Of a stretch of 64,000 nt of DNA, positions 36,653-48,063 are shown in pieces (the stretch's first letter is position 1; each line of letters opens with the position of its first letter). The DNA is from Amphiscolops sp. MND2022 (Eukaryota). The stretch is taken from positions 15,130,001 through 15,194,000 of the forward strand of contig OZ076409.1 in the NCBI GenBank assembly GCA_964187785.1, given 5' to 3'. The position numbers were made by a program, and so were the translations under genes. Below the pieces are notes generated by a model. It did not search any database. It was not told where the DNA came from and saw only the letters and a list, made by a program, of their open reading frames with translations.

Positions 36653-37052
36653 GTAGATGAATCGAAAGTAGACATTGTTAACATCCAGAACCCATTGACA
36701 TCCAAATGCGACGCTTACCGCTACCCGAAAGCTGGTTCGATAAACGCCAAGTCGTCGCTTCGGCTATTGACATTCGCAGTTAATCATAACAATGGTGCTA
36801 TAAGGTTGGTCAGTGACGTGGACGGCACACGCGAAATAGAGGCGTGTGTGCCCGATGCCGAATACTTGGTGCGTTGTGACTGGTGTCCTTCCGGTAAGTA
36901 CTTCTGGTCACAGTGGCTCTCTCGCAGCCAAACCAAACTCTTCATTGTGCTCTCTTCTCTTGGTGCTTTCTACGCGGAGGATGCACAATACGCCCCTGCT
37001 AACTGGGACGAGCTGGAAGCCGAAGAAAATGAGGAAAAGAATAAACTCAAAG
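36653..37052 (+). CDS. DPP9: DPP8/9 exon 5
   Basis: VDESKVDIV...DAYRYPKAGSINAKSSLRL...AEYLVRCDWCPSGKYFWSQWLSRSQ. Donor G|GTTACC (phase 1) fits the acceptor at 46933. Confidence 0.9.
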
Positions 37053-37577
37053 GTTACCGCATTTTTAGTCGTTCAAAATGTCCTACTCGAAACGTCAGGA
37101 ACTCATCCAAAGCAAAAAACGACCTCCAGAACCTCTAAAATATATTAAGGATCCCCCTTTGGCTATCTTGGTGTTTTTCATATTGAATTTTTTTCGGAAC
37201 TATGAGACTTTTTTTCAAAAATTTTTGGATTGCATCACGGTCCCCCCTTCAATTTTGCAACAGAATGGATGTTAAAAAAACCAAAGGGTCCCCCCTTTTA
37301 CATTTTTCGACACTGTGACACTGTTCAAAAATCTATTTTTTTGGGGGTTTTTTGTCTCCCAAGGCTCCCTTCATTTTTTTCATATTTTGCAACAAACTGG
37401 AGTTTCAAAAAGCTCAAAGGGTCCCCCTTCTACAATTTTGAATACTTTGCGCGTTTTGAGCCTTAGATATAGCGCCGACTTTGGCCGTTCCCGGCTTGTT
37501 AATCCGTTTCATGGGAATATTATTGTAAGCTAAAATGAACTGATCCCAATGATGTCAAATTTTCGATGCTTTAAGGT

Positions 37578-38064
37578 TTTTTAGTCGGCGTTTTCGAAGA
37601 AACTGCACGACTCTTACAGTGGCTAGTTTTTTTTCGTCAGTTCAACGCGATCGGTCCACTTTTTTGTTCATTTGTTCAACTTCTTGGCCGACTAATTTTC
37701 TGGTGTCTGAGAAGCAAGAGAGCGTGGAGTTCGATTCTCGCACTAAATCACAAATTTTTTATGCTTCAAAAGTATAGTGGAGACCAAAGGGTCCCCCCTT
37801 TGCGGTATTTTTTCGGCACTATGCGACATCTTCCCGAAAAGTTTTGAATTTATCAAAGCGTACCCTTTTGAATTTTTTGAAGTTTTCGGTTTGTAAAAAA
37901 CGTTTATTGGGCCTAAAGGGTCTCTTTTTGGGTTTTTCGGCAATATGCGACTCTTTTACCAAATACTTTTTTTTGGAAAAAAAATCCAAATGTTTTCAAT
38001 TGTTGTTCCTTGAATATTTTTGAGCCTTAGATATGAAGCCGACTTGGGCCGTTCCCGGCTTGTT
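37578..38064 (+). mobile_element. Helentron/DINE-like element copy with tRNA-like B-box
   Basis: ttttagtcggcg start, ggagttcgattctcgc at ~37726, gggtccccc repeats, and 3' end gccgacttgggccgttcccggcttgtt. A second copy ends at 37500. Confidence 0.6.
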
Positions 38065-38767
38065 CTGATTTCCTCGCCACTGAGATGTTTTGGGAAATTG
38101 GTGAAAATATCAGAACCAAAAGACTGAAAACCAAACCAGAAACCGTCAATTTTAAATTTAATTCAAGGTGACAATTTAGGATCCATGTCTGAACTGTGTT
38201 CACTCTATTTCTCCTCATGAAGTCACGCATTTTTTGTTGGCAAATCGACAGCTTCAATTTTTGAGTCATAGAAAAAATTAAATTTCAACATAATCACAGT
38301 CAAAATAGGTGAAAACTGCTATTCATTTTCAAAAAAAATATCGTGGGGAAACAGAGAGCCAAGACATACGATAAGTTTAATTTACTTTTGAGTTTTTGCT
38401 TGAGTCAACTTTGGGTGGTGATTGTTGAAAAACCAGTGATTGAGTCAGTCTTGTGAATGAAAAGTCGTAATGCAAAGTTGTAGTTGTAGTGAGTCATTTA
38501 CTTCTCCATTACAGCCAGCCCCATTTTCCCTTGGTAAAATAATTAGGTCTAAGTCCTATGTCCTAGTGGGGGGTCTGCTGCGTTCAAAACATTAGGATTA
38601 AGTTGAAAATGAAGTGTTGAAGTGTCCAGACAAAGGCTGTCTTTGCTATTCTGTTGTTTGTTGTAGTATACAGTTGCTGGGTTGTGTTCTTGTTCTATGT
38701 GTAATGATTTTTGCTTCCTCTTCTTCATCGGAGTCGTCCTGGTGGTGGAGAAGGCGTTCTTCGGGTT

Positions 38768-39699
38768 CTATCGGTGCCAGGCGAATAGCTGGAATTGTGA
38801 AAGTTTCCGTTTTGTCTTGACTTCGTACTGACGTGGCTGCTGTGTGTCATTGTCGTCGATAGCTGAAATTCTCCCAATTGGCCTAAGACCTCTCGGTGTG
38901 AAATCTTTGAGGATCCAAACTGTTTGGCCAACTTTCAGAGGTGCTGTGCGCTTGAGGCATTTTTGTCTGGGTAGAATTGTCGGCAGGTATTCCTTGATCA
39001 GGCACTTCCAAACATGATCTGCAATTTGTTGTGAGTACTCCCATCTTCTGCTGTAAGTGACTCGTTTTTCAAAATGTCCAGGTTGCACATTGATGTGTAC
39101 TCTCCCGAGCAAAAATGGTTCGACGTGAGGGCAGCTGTGTAGTTGATGCCAGTGGGGACGTCAGTTATTGGTCGGTTGTTCAGGAACGCTTCAATCTCAT
39201 TCAGGGCGGTGGCGAAGGTGTCATCACTTAGCGTCTGAGATCCAATGACCGAATAAAGTGCGTCTTTACAAGACCGTATGAAGCGCTTCCGTATTCCACT
39301 GAAGTGAGGTGCGTGTGGTGGAATAAATTTCCATTTGACTTCATTGTTTACCAGGAAGTTCTGAAGTGGTGAACTCTTGAAGATGAGTTGTAACTCATTG
39401 TCGGCGGCGACAAAATTGATTGCGTTGTCTGATACGAGAAGTACAGGGGTTCCACGGCGAGCGCAAAAACTGTGTAAAGTGTTCATGGTGGCAGCTGTTG
39501 ATACGTGTGGGCATCCAAATCGTCGCTTGAGTTCTTTCATTGCAGACTTGTACAGATTATGATTGCAAGTAAACCCGGCGATTGCTTCATTGGCTTTCCC
39601 TTTTAGCAGTGTTTGTAGGTGCGTCATTTTCTCGGCTTTTGAAAGTGGTTGTTTGTCAATCATCCTGGTGAAGAGTCCGTGCCATGTGTTCCTTTTCAT
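38768..39699 (-). pseudogene. BEL/Pao gag (DUF1759-like) fused to integrase core and C-terminal domain
   Basis: LSKAEKMTHLQTLLKGKANEAI...ELKRRFG is joined directly to FCARRGTP..LVSDNAINF...WKFIPPHAPHFSG...EIEAFLNNRPI, then WKCLIKEYLPTI after a frameshift. Confidence 0.8.
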
Positions 39700-40271
39700 G
39701 GAATCTCCAGTGGAAGTATCGATTTTTATCGTTGGTAATGTTGAAACTTGCGACAGATTCGAAATTGTAGGGTGAGTTCGTCTCTCAACGAATCGGGAAA
39801 ATGTGGCAATGCACTCGTTGAAGGTTGATTGTTGTGACTAGTTGGTTAATTATGACTAGAAGGTGGCTGTATCTGTGAAGGTTCTACTGGATCAATGTGT
39901 TGATTCGTTTCTTTCAGCATTTGTTTGAATTTCTTGACTGTCATCGATGATCAACGAGATACATTGTCATCTGTTCATCTCCGGCAAAATGATCTTTCGA
40001 ACTGCGTTGTGCCTATCGGAGGTCAAAACAATTGTCTTTTTCTTCGACTGCTGTAAAGATTGTTTTCTTTAGACGCCGAATTTTAGCGAAAACAAAGTTT
40101 TTGACTGTTGGAGGGCATGGATTGTTGGCTTGGCATAATTGAATAACGTAAACTCAGAAAAAAGCGCAGCAGAGAAAACAAGTGGGCAAATTATGTGAAT
40201 TGTAAACAACAAAGCAAACAAACATAACATGAAACAAATAACTATTTTTAAACCAGTATGAAGTGTAAAAA

Positions 40272-43200
40272 TGAAAAACTGTAATATATCCATTGGATAA
40301 TTATTACATCTAGAAACACATAAACATTATATATTGTCACAATCACACTCTAATTCATTTGTTTAGCTATAGATGAATCTATGGCGTCAGACAGCACATG
40401 TATAATGAACAAACAAATTGGCAGTAGATAGTTCACCTATATTGGCGCGAGTTGCAGAGGTAGTGATTGAGAGCAATTGAATTGCAGGCGTACATGTAAG
40501 GACATGTAGTACCTGTCACGTGATACGCCAATCATCTACGTGGTCGTAGGTGTGAAATATGAATGAATTACGTCATCCCACAATAATTCAAGCAAATGAT
40601 AGACACTTCTAATTGTTGAAATACTATACAGAGGCACCAAATACATCTCGCAGAATACCAGGAAAATGACTATTGAATGCGCAGGTCTGCAGGACGACTT
40701 CTAGGTAATTTGACACTTTTGTGGCCCGTTTTGTCAAACAATCCGCCAACTGGTAATCAGTTGGAACCCACCTCAGCGATAAAATACCAGACGTAATCAA
40801 GGACTTCAAATAACTTATTTCCACCCGCAGCGTTTTTTCACTGATTTTGCTGTTAGAGACAGCAGCGGCCACTAATGATTTCGAGTCAGATAAACAAATA
40901 ATGGATAATTTCCTCTGTAAAATAGATTCAGTCGTCTTCTGAATAGAAAGTGCGGCATCAATTGCTTCAGTTGCCGCAAGGGTTTCGGCACATAGAGTGC
41001 TTCTTGCGACACGCTTTAATTTGTGGGATCGCCAAGATATTAGTGTTGCCGGAAAAGAGTCTCTCGATGAAAAATCCACAAGAAACACTAAATATCCAGC
41101 CTGCGTTGTTCCATCCGCATTATTGCCCAGTGACGCATCCGCAAAGCATACAAGCTTCCAATTTGCAAAATCGCCAGTCAAATTCCCAGATCGTAGCCTA
41201 CATCCTGACTGACTTCTGAGCTGTCGTACCACTTTGTTCAGAATCAGAATCTCAGATACCGTAAGGGAGGATAGTTTTGACGATACTTCTGCCACACTGT
41301 AAGCAATGAGCGGACTTGTTTGAACAGCTACCCACAGTAGCTGTCCTATGAGAGCCCTAGCATAACCAATGTACTCAAACGGCACCAGTTCGTCTTTGGG
41401 GCGCGATAATAGGTCAGCGACGGGTATTTCTGATAAGCAGTCCAAGTAATCCGTCAATTCGAATCCCGCCCAGTTTTCCTTGAGGGTTCCCATCGTTACT
41501 CCAAGGTATTTGCAAGGAAGATTAGCGGTTTCCTTGACCAAAAACACATTATGTATGTGCTTTATAACAGATTCCTTGAATTTCTGACTACCAGCCCACC
41601 AAATATCGTCAACGTGAATAGTCAAAAAACCGCTTACAACTTGATCTTCATGATGTACAAAAACACATTCGTCGCCATCGGTTTGAGTACATCCTGACTT
41701 GATCAGTTCGGATTTGATTCTCTCAAACCATTTCCGTGGAGCATCTGATAGACCATATACGGCCTTCTTCAATTTCCATATACAGTCGGTTCCGGATTCT
41801 TTTGGAGGCTTCAGAAAGACATCGCGGTTGAGAAAATCTCCTTGTAAAAATGCAGTTTTGATATCCAAAACTCCAGTGAACCAGGTCTTGTTGGCATTGA
41901 GAATTGGCATCAGCGCTCGTACTGAGTCTCTAGAACATGTTGGTGAATCCTTTACCAGTGTTTCGATATCAGCATCCTGGTATCCTTTAGCCACCAGTCT
42001 GGCCTTTTTCAAGCCATCTTTTGATGTACATACCCAGCGCGTCGTTATAACCTTCTGGCCGGTATTTTCGACAACTTCATACACATCAAAACGCAGCCAA
42101 TTCTGCAACTCACTCAGCTTCTCAGCAATAAATTCATCCGATTCATTTGTGACAAAGGTGTTATCCGTGATCAACGCAATCTCTGATTCACTCACAATTT
42201 CAACGCCTTTCGATACATCAATCGATCCCCTCGTGCCCAATAAATCCCCCGGTTTCAAGTACTCAATATTGAACCAATGACAGTGTTTTCCATTTGCTTT
42301 TCCAGCACGACTCAAGACCCGAGCTTCAGCTGTCTCTTCAGCATCTTCGTGATAAAAACGAATCACCTTACCAGGTTTGATATCACTTGCATTTGGCGTA
42401 CTCACTGTAGTCACAACTTCTTCTAGTACAGTCTGTGTCGCAGATTTGTCTCGGGAATCAGACTCGGCGCCATCCTCAAGACACGCTTGATTGTTTTGGC
42501 AGACCAACGAATCCACGTTCGTACTCCCATTGGTAATCTCGCTAGAACTCTCATCTGGATTAGAGGTTTCGGGTGCATCAAGGAAATTTTCACCCGAATC
42601 AATTGGCACTCCGGGACGGTCTCTGGAAGGTTTTTCACTGCGATCGTCATGCTCCAATCGTAAGAAAGGATCTTCTGCTGGTGATCGGCGAACATGAATA
42701 GAATGTGCTCTGTAAACTTGCCCTCCATGTCTGACAATGATTATTTTCCCATCTTGACCAAGTACACGAGCTGGACCAAACCACTTGTCTTTATTTTGTC
42801 GCTTGTAATAAACTGTCTGCCCTGGATGAAAAGGACCCTCATCCGAGATAACCCGGGTTGACAACGCCTTTTTGATCCTTGTGGAAAATTCCAATTCGGC
42901 ATATCTCGATCTAGCCTTTGACAACATTGTCAAATGGTTTGCCACGTATTTCGAAACAGTGACATTCTCCAGGGCTGCCGGTGATGCATTCATGACTGAC
43001 GGCAAAGATGGACTTTTACCATACACGAGTTGGTAAGGCGAGAACCCTTCGTTATTGTGTAACACGTTCTTCGCGAATACTGCCTGTTGGAGGAGAATCT
43101 GGGAATCGATGTCAGAACTATCTTCTGACAACTTTTTGAACATTTCCGTTATAATGCCGTTATGTCTCTCGCAAATTCCATTGGAGAACGGTGACTCGGC

Positions 43201-45128
43201 GGCGGTTGTAATATGCAAAATCCCGAAAATATCACAACAAGATTGCATAGAGTTATTGACGAATTCACCTCCGTTGTCCGTCAGAAGCTGTTCGGGCACC
43301 CCAAAAACGAAGATCCAATACTCTAACAGAAATCTAATGATGGTTTCGGGTTTCTTGTCATATATTATACGACAGACACTAAAACGCGTGAATGAGTCAA
43401 TAATGTGGATATACCACGATGGTGCAGTCGCTTTGGACAATTGGTGTAAATCGATACATACTGTTTGATTGAAGTCACTGCTCATTGGGGCCGACACCTT
43501 GGGTTTACACTTCACACGCCCGTAACGAATACATACTTCACACGAATCTGTAACTTTCTCTACGCATTTTCGCAGACTTCTCTCATCATGACCTGCAGTT
43601 TTAAGAAGACCAATCATTTTTTCAGTCTTGCAATGCCCAAACTGCTTGTGTAACTTGGCTATATTTTCAGTAGTCAGACTGGACATTGCGTACTGGATTT
43701 GATTGTTTGGAACGGCATCAGGAATAATTTGACATGCCAGGTGACCAGTACTCAAAACAGTCAGTTCATGCCAATTTTCTCGTGTTCCCAAAACAAATGA
43801 TTTCTGGTCAAAATCCACACACATTTTTGCTCTTGCCATGCTTTTAACGCTCAATAAAAGAGGGAGACATCCGTCCACAATTTCGCACTCCAAATAGCAA
43901 TCTAGATCTCCTAATTGCACAGGCAGTGACACTGTAAACAGGCACTTGGTCACCTTTCCATCGCCAAAGATGATAGTTGCGCTACTAACTCTCTTCTGCA
44001 CGTTTTTCCGTCTCGCAACGGGCATCATTTTTAGATATTCATAAAACCACTGACTTCCAGCGACTGTACGTGTGCATGCGCAGTCGAATATGCACATTCC
44101 TCTGGATTCAGCAGACAATCCAGCACATGTACTTGCAAACGTCAGATAGATGCTGTCTGTTGCAGGTCCTGATGGATCTGTACATGAATACTCACAGAAC
44201 TCCGCAGTCTCGCTAGGTGCGCTTTTTTTTTGATATTTTCTTCCAGGTTCAGAATTCCCATCGGGGCAATCTCGAGCATAATGGAACCTGGAACCGCAAT
44301 TCCGACACGTTGACACTCTGCCATGTCTATCGGTTGGATTCGTTCCTCTAACATCACTTCCTCGTCGATTTCCGCGACCACTTCGAGGTACCCATGTTCC
44401 TCGATACCTGGATGCCAAAAAAGCAGCATCTGCACCTTCATGGTTCTGATCAAGAGCTGTGAATGCTGGCTCGCATTTCACTTCGCTTGTCCCAGCTTGC
44501 TCTGTGCGATCCTCTCCTTTTGCAGAATAGATTCGTCGTAGCGCTGTTTTCATTTCGGAATATGCCATCTTGGTTGACGTTGCAAGCACCAGCTGCTGTT
44601 CCTTTGTTTCCAAATCTGCACAGTAAAGAAGTTTGCAGGCCAAGATATTATCTGGCATTTTCAATCCACATTTCTCCAGGTTTGCTGCCCGTGTCTCGAA
44701 TTCGATTGTGTAATCGACCATACTTAAGGTTCCTCTTCGTATTTTCTCGAACCTCTCATATGCTTCGTACATCTGGTCACTTTTATCTCGGCCAAACACC
44801 GACTCGAGCTTCTGTAAAACTTTTGTAAAGCCGTCTGCACCTTTGACTTCAGCTTGGTCCAACTTCATAACAACAGAACGTCTATATCCAGATAAGGACA
44901 ATGCAACCGCAGGTCCAATCTGCTCAGGTTTCAAATCCGTCAAACTCGTCCACAGTTCCATTTCAGCCTTCCAGGACTCGAAACTTTGATCATCCTCCCA
45001 TCGCGGTGGGGCTTTATACGATGCTGTCATCCTGCTACCAATGAAAAACTGTAATACTTCAACAGACTATATTAAAAACCCCACCGGACATTACATCTAG
45101 AAACACATAAACATTATATATTGTCACA
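40272..45128 (-). mobile_element. Ty1/Copia LTR retrotransposon, GalEa-like, coding-intact
   Basis: TG...CA terminal repeats 40272..40341 and 45042..45128; 5-bp TSD aaaaa. PBS TGGTAGCAG (initiator tRNA-Met type) at 45032..45040. Domain order is gag-PR-IN-RT-RH. Confidence 0.9.
40624..45030 (-). CDS. Copia gag-pol polyprotein, 1468 aa, uninterrupted
   Basis: Zinc knuckle CRNCGSRFHYARDC; protease IFDCACTRTV; integrase HKQFGH...CEVC, CIDL, TDNGGEF, SNGICER; RT KARLVAKGY, DIKTAFLQG, VYGLSDAPRKW, IHVDD; RNase H FADAS, STLCAET, SDSKSL, QLADCLTK. Confidence 0.95.
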   Translation of the reverse strand: MTASYKAPPRWEDDQSFESWKAEMELWTSLTDLKPEQIGPAVALSLSGYRRSVVMKLDQAEVKGADGFTKVLQKLESVFGRDKSDQMYEAYERFEKIRRGTLSMVDYTIEFETRAANLEKCGLKMPDNILACKLLYCADLETKEQQLVLATSTKMAYSEMKTALRRIYSAKGEDRTEQAGTSEVKCEPAFTALDQNHEGADAAFLASRYRGTWVPRSGRGNRRGSDVRGTNPTDRHGRVSTCRNCGSRFHYARDCPDGNSEPGRKYQKKSAPSETAEFCEYSCTDPSGPATDSIYLTFASTCAGLSAESRGMCIFDCACTRTVAGSQWFYEYLKMMPVARRKNVQKRVSSATIIFGDGKVTKCLFTVSLPVQLGDLDCYLECEIVDGCLPLLLSVKSMARAKMCVDFDQKSFVLGTRENWHELTVLSTGHLACQIIPDAVPNNQIQYAMSSLTTENIAKLHKQFGHCKTEKMIGLLKTAGHDERSLRKCVEKVTDSCEVCIRYGRVKCKPKVSAPMSSDFNQTVCIDLHQLSKATAPSWYIHIIDSFTRFSVCRIIYDKKPETIIRFLLEYWIFVFGVPEQLLTDNGGEFVNNSMQSCCDIFGILHITTAAESPFSNGICERHNGIITEMFKKLSEDSSDIDSQILLQQAVFAKNVLHNNEGFSPYQLVYGKSPSLPSVMNASPAALENVTVSKYVANHLTMLSKARSRYAELEFSTRIKKALSTRVISDEGPFHPGQTVYYKRQNKDKWFGPARVLGQDGKIIIVRHGGQVYRAHSIHVRRSPAEDPFLRLEHDDRSEKPSRDRPGVPIDSGENFLDAPETSNPDESSSEITNGSTNVDSLVCQNNQACLEDGAESDSRDKSATQTVLEEVVTTVSTPNASDIKPGKVIRFYHEDAEETAEARVLSRAGKANGKHCHWFNIEYLKPGDLLGTRGSIDVSKGVEIVSESEIALITDNTFVTNESDEFIAEKLSELQNWLRFDVYEVVENTGQKVITTRWVCTSKDGLKKARLVAKGYQDADIETLVKDSPTCSRDSVRALMPILNANKTWFTGVLDIKTAFLQGDFLNRDVFLKPPKESGTDCIWKLKKAVYGLSDAPRKWFERIKSELIKSGCTQTDGDECVFVHHEDQVVSGFLTIHVDDIWWAGSQKFKESVIKHIHNVFLVKETANLPCKYLGVTMGTLKENWAGFELTDYLDCLSEIPVADLLSRPKDELVPFEYIGYARALIGQLLWVAVQTSPLIAYSVAEVSSKLSSLTVSEILILNKVVRQLRSQSGCRLRSGNLTGDFANWKLVCFADASLGNNADGTTQAGYLVFLVDFSSRDSFPATLISWRSHKLKRVARSTLCAETLAATEAIDAALSIQKTTESILQRKLSIICLSDSKSLVAAAVSNSKISEKTLRVEISYLKSLITSGILSLRWVPTDYQLADCLTKRATKVSNYLEVVLQTCAFNSHFPGILRDVFGASV

Positions 45129-45859
45129 AAAAACACACTAGAAAACCTGAGCTTAATGATCTAATAACCTAAACTTACACTAGAGTGAAGTTGAGTAACT
45201 AGACACGCTATAAAATCTAGGAACAGTTAGATTCAGTAATCTAAGTTCAGGCTAGGGTAATGTTCATAAACTAGGCAAGCTAGATAACTTAAGATCTTAT
45301 GTGGAAACTGTAAAATTGGGAATTCACAAGCAATGTGCTTTTAATTTTGTTTAGCATTGTAGAATTAGGGGCTTTTTGATCCTTTTGTTTGACAGGGTGT
45401 AGATTCGGTTGCTGTAGAAGTTGGGCGCCATGATAAATTCATTCTACTTTTGAGTCTTTGCTTGATTCAACTTTGGTCTGTGATTGTTGAAAAACCATGA
45501 TTGAGTCAGTCTTCTGAATGAAAAGTCGTAATGCAAAGTTGAAGTTGTAGTGAGTCATTGGCTTCTCCATTACAACATATCTACATTTTCTGTGTCTGAG
45601 TTTTACGGACTTTTTCTGTTGGTTGTTGCTTACCTGAGCTGAATGTTTTATAGTTTATCTTTCAGTTCTTTGATTACGGGGTCCATATTTTCCATGGCAA
45701 ATAGATCATTTCCAAACTTGTCTTTAATGTCTGTTGCCGTCCATTCGGGTAGAAGTAGAATAGTTAATTACACTTGTGATTAGCAAGTGTTATGGGAAAT
45801 TGCGGGTGCTCTTTTTCCGCGCGACAACTCTCGTTTCAGCCCGCAAGTCGCAAAATTCA

Positions 45860-45932
45860 GCCGTTCGTGGTCTAGTGGTAAGATGCTTGCTTTTCAACCC
45901 AGAGTGTTCGTGTTCGAACCCGTGCGTATGCG
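45860..45932 (+). other. tRNA-derived (Glu-like) Pol III head inside a Helentron/DINE-like repeat copy
   Basis: gccgttcgtggtctagtggtaagatgcttgcttttcaacccagagtgttcgtgttcgaacccg has an A-box (TGGTCTAGTGG) and a B-box (GTTCGAACCC). The acceptor stem does not pair properly, so it is not a functional tRNA. Confidence 0.6.
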
Positions 45933-46933
45933 CTTGTTTTTTTTACAACTGTTTCGAAGCAGAAGGTTTTCGCTTTTTTCGGAACTATGAGACTAACCCC
46001 CCCCCCCTTTCGGCTTTGTGAGACTTTTTTCGAAAATTTTTTAATGTCCCTAAAGGACAATTCCTCCCTTCAATTTTTTTTGATATTTTGCAGCAGAACG
46101 AATATTAAAAAATCCCAAAGGGTCCCTTCTTTCAGATTTTTCGGCACTGTGGGACTTAAAAATTCTCATTTTTTCGTAAATTTTTCAGAGTCGTTAAAGG
46201 GTCCCCCTTCAATTTTTTTTAAGTTTTGCAAAAGAATGGATGTTAAAAATCTCAAAAAGCCCCCTCTTTATAGTTTTCGGTATTGTAAGATTTTTCGAAA
46301 TAATAATTTTTGTCTTAAAATTAGGTTTTCTCAGGCCCAGCCCGCTATGTCCGATTTTTGTTTGTTTTCAAAGACCGGCGTTTTTTATGCGACTTTTTTT
46401 TGTTTTCATCGAAGCCCCCTCAATTTTTACTAGAAACGAAACGTTTTGCGAGCATGAAGGACTGCTCAAGGTTTTCGTGCACTATGCGACTTACCGGAGA
46501 CCTTCAAAAAATTTCAAAAAAAATTTCCTCAATTTTCTGTTTTTTTATAAAGGTTTTCGGTTGAGAAAGATGGGTTTTCTGCTGTTTCCAGTTGGGGAAG
46601 AATGGTTTTCGAGATTTATGCGTATCCCTTCGGGTATTTTTTGACGCTGTAAAATTGATGAAATTTTCAATGTCATTTTACCCTTGGTATGATATTGCTT
46701 ATTTGGTTTTCTTCAAAAGTTCGCAACTTTCTTCGCAAGTGTTTGCGAAGCACGGCTTCGCCTCTGTGTTAATTGTTGCCCATCTTACAGACATCCATCG
46801 ATACAGGATGTAGAATGTAGTCGCTTTTTAATTTTAAATTCAAGCTCTATGAAGAGTAAGGCATTCAATATTAATTTGTCTAGTTATCATTCTTTTTTGA
46901 ACAATGGAGTTTGAATATCATCTTTGCTTTCAG

Positions 46934-47287
46934 CCTCGAACTACCAACAAAGTGGACCTCATGACATTCCTATGGAAGAAACTATTTCAATTGCTCAAAA
47001 GAATCGAAGTAGGAAGCAGCAGCTATGGAGAGAGATGTTCAACAACAAGGAAAAGTTGACACAGAAGATCTACGAAGAAAGCTCGGATATTTGGATTAAC
47101 GTGCATGATATCATGCATGTCATATCTAATGAGAGCAACGATGACGTCATTTCTTTTATCTTCGCCAGTCAACAGACTAACTTTAGACATCTTTATCACG
47201 TTCAGACGAAACTGGGCGAAGCGCAGCGGGAAACACATGACCAGTGCTTGGCCATACCTTTAACCTCTGGTCCTTGGGAAGTCTTGG
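46934..47287 (+). CDS. DPP9: DPP8/9 exon 6
   Basis: IYEESSDIWINVHDI...FIFASQQTNFRHLYHV...PLTSGPWEVL. Phases 1/1 are consistent with neighbouring exons. Confidence 0.9.
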
Positions 47288-48063
47288 GTAGGTTTCCACA
47301 CCTTTCTGCGGATTATCTTTTTAGGAGTTTGAAATATTTTCGACTACTTATGCACTTGTACCTTTTTTCTCCCGACCGTCCAATGAATATTTCAGATTTC
47401 TCCGAAACTGTCTATACAATTTTTTATAAAATTTAGCACAGTCATTCTACACCGAAAGGTGCTCCTGCGTGTGCAGTGACATCAAAATCGTTTGAGAGAT
47501 CTGAGAGACATAAAAAAACATAGCCGAAATTAGTCCAAAAATGACCAAATGACAAAGTACGTAATATTTTAATCTGTTTCCGACTCCTTTACCACGCATG
47601 CGGCTCTTGTTAAGGATGATGATCTTTGACTATTCCCCTGGTTATGTTGAGCGTAAGAGCTCTTCGAATTCAAGTCTCCCATTTTGGTATAGGTATGAAG
47701 TGTCGACATAAATGTGATCGGATTTAACGTGAAACTTTCAACATTTCGCAAAGATGTTAACTAGCCAGTGGCCACGTGAGAGTGGGACAGTGTTTCAAAG
47801 AGAAAACGAAGCCTCCTATAAGGTGATGAGATGAGAAGTCATTGGAACTCGAAAAAGTGGAAAAGCTCTAAGTAGAGTGTTTTTGAAAGCGAGTTTTTCC
47901 TGAAGCAAAACATTCATGAAACATTTCCTGAAAGAAAACATTCATGAATACTCCAAATATCTGTTTTTAAAGTTATCTAATTAATCGTATGTGCGTCCTT
48001 TTCGAATTTCTTTGCTGGCATAATTGTACCAGCAAGCGTTTGATCAAATCAACTGAATGAAAT

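Larger units (their letters stand above)
38369..45574 (-). mobile_element. Internally deleted BEL/Pao LTR retrotransposon hosting a Copia insertion
   Basis: LTRs of ~145 bp at 38369..38513 and 45431..45574 (diverged); 5-bp TSD acata. PBS TGGCGCCCAAC (tRNA-Lys type) at 45420..45430; purine-rich tract before the 3' LTR. Gag DUF1759-like, integrase and DUF5641-like peptides at 38768..39699. Confidence 0.85.

Noticed and set aside
41699..44828. Plus-strand ORFs overlapping the Copia polyprotein
   Set aside because: Antisense shadow frames of a long coding sequence with no motifs.
45860..45932. Functional tRNA-Glu gene
   Set aside because: A and B boxes are present, but the acceptor and anticodon stems do not pair well and it is embedded in a dispersed repeat.
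45987..46813. F/K-rich ORFs in DPP8/9 introns
   Set aside because: Translations of the AT-rich dispersed repeat family; similar spurious peptides recur at every copy.
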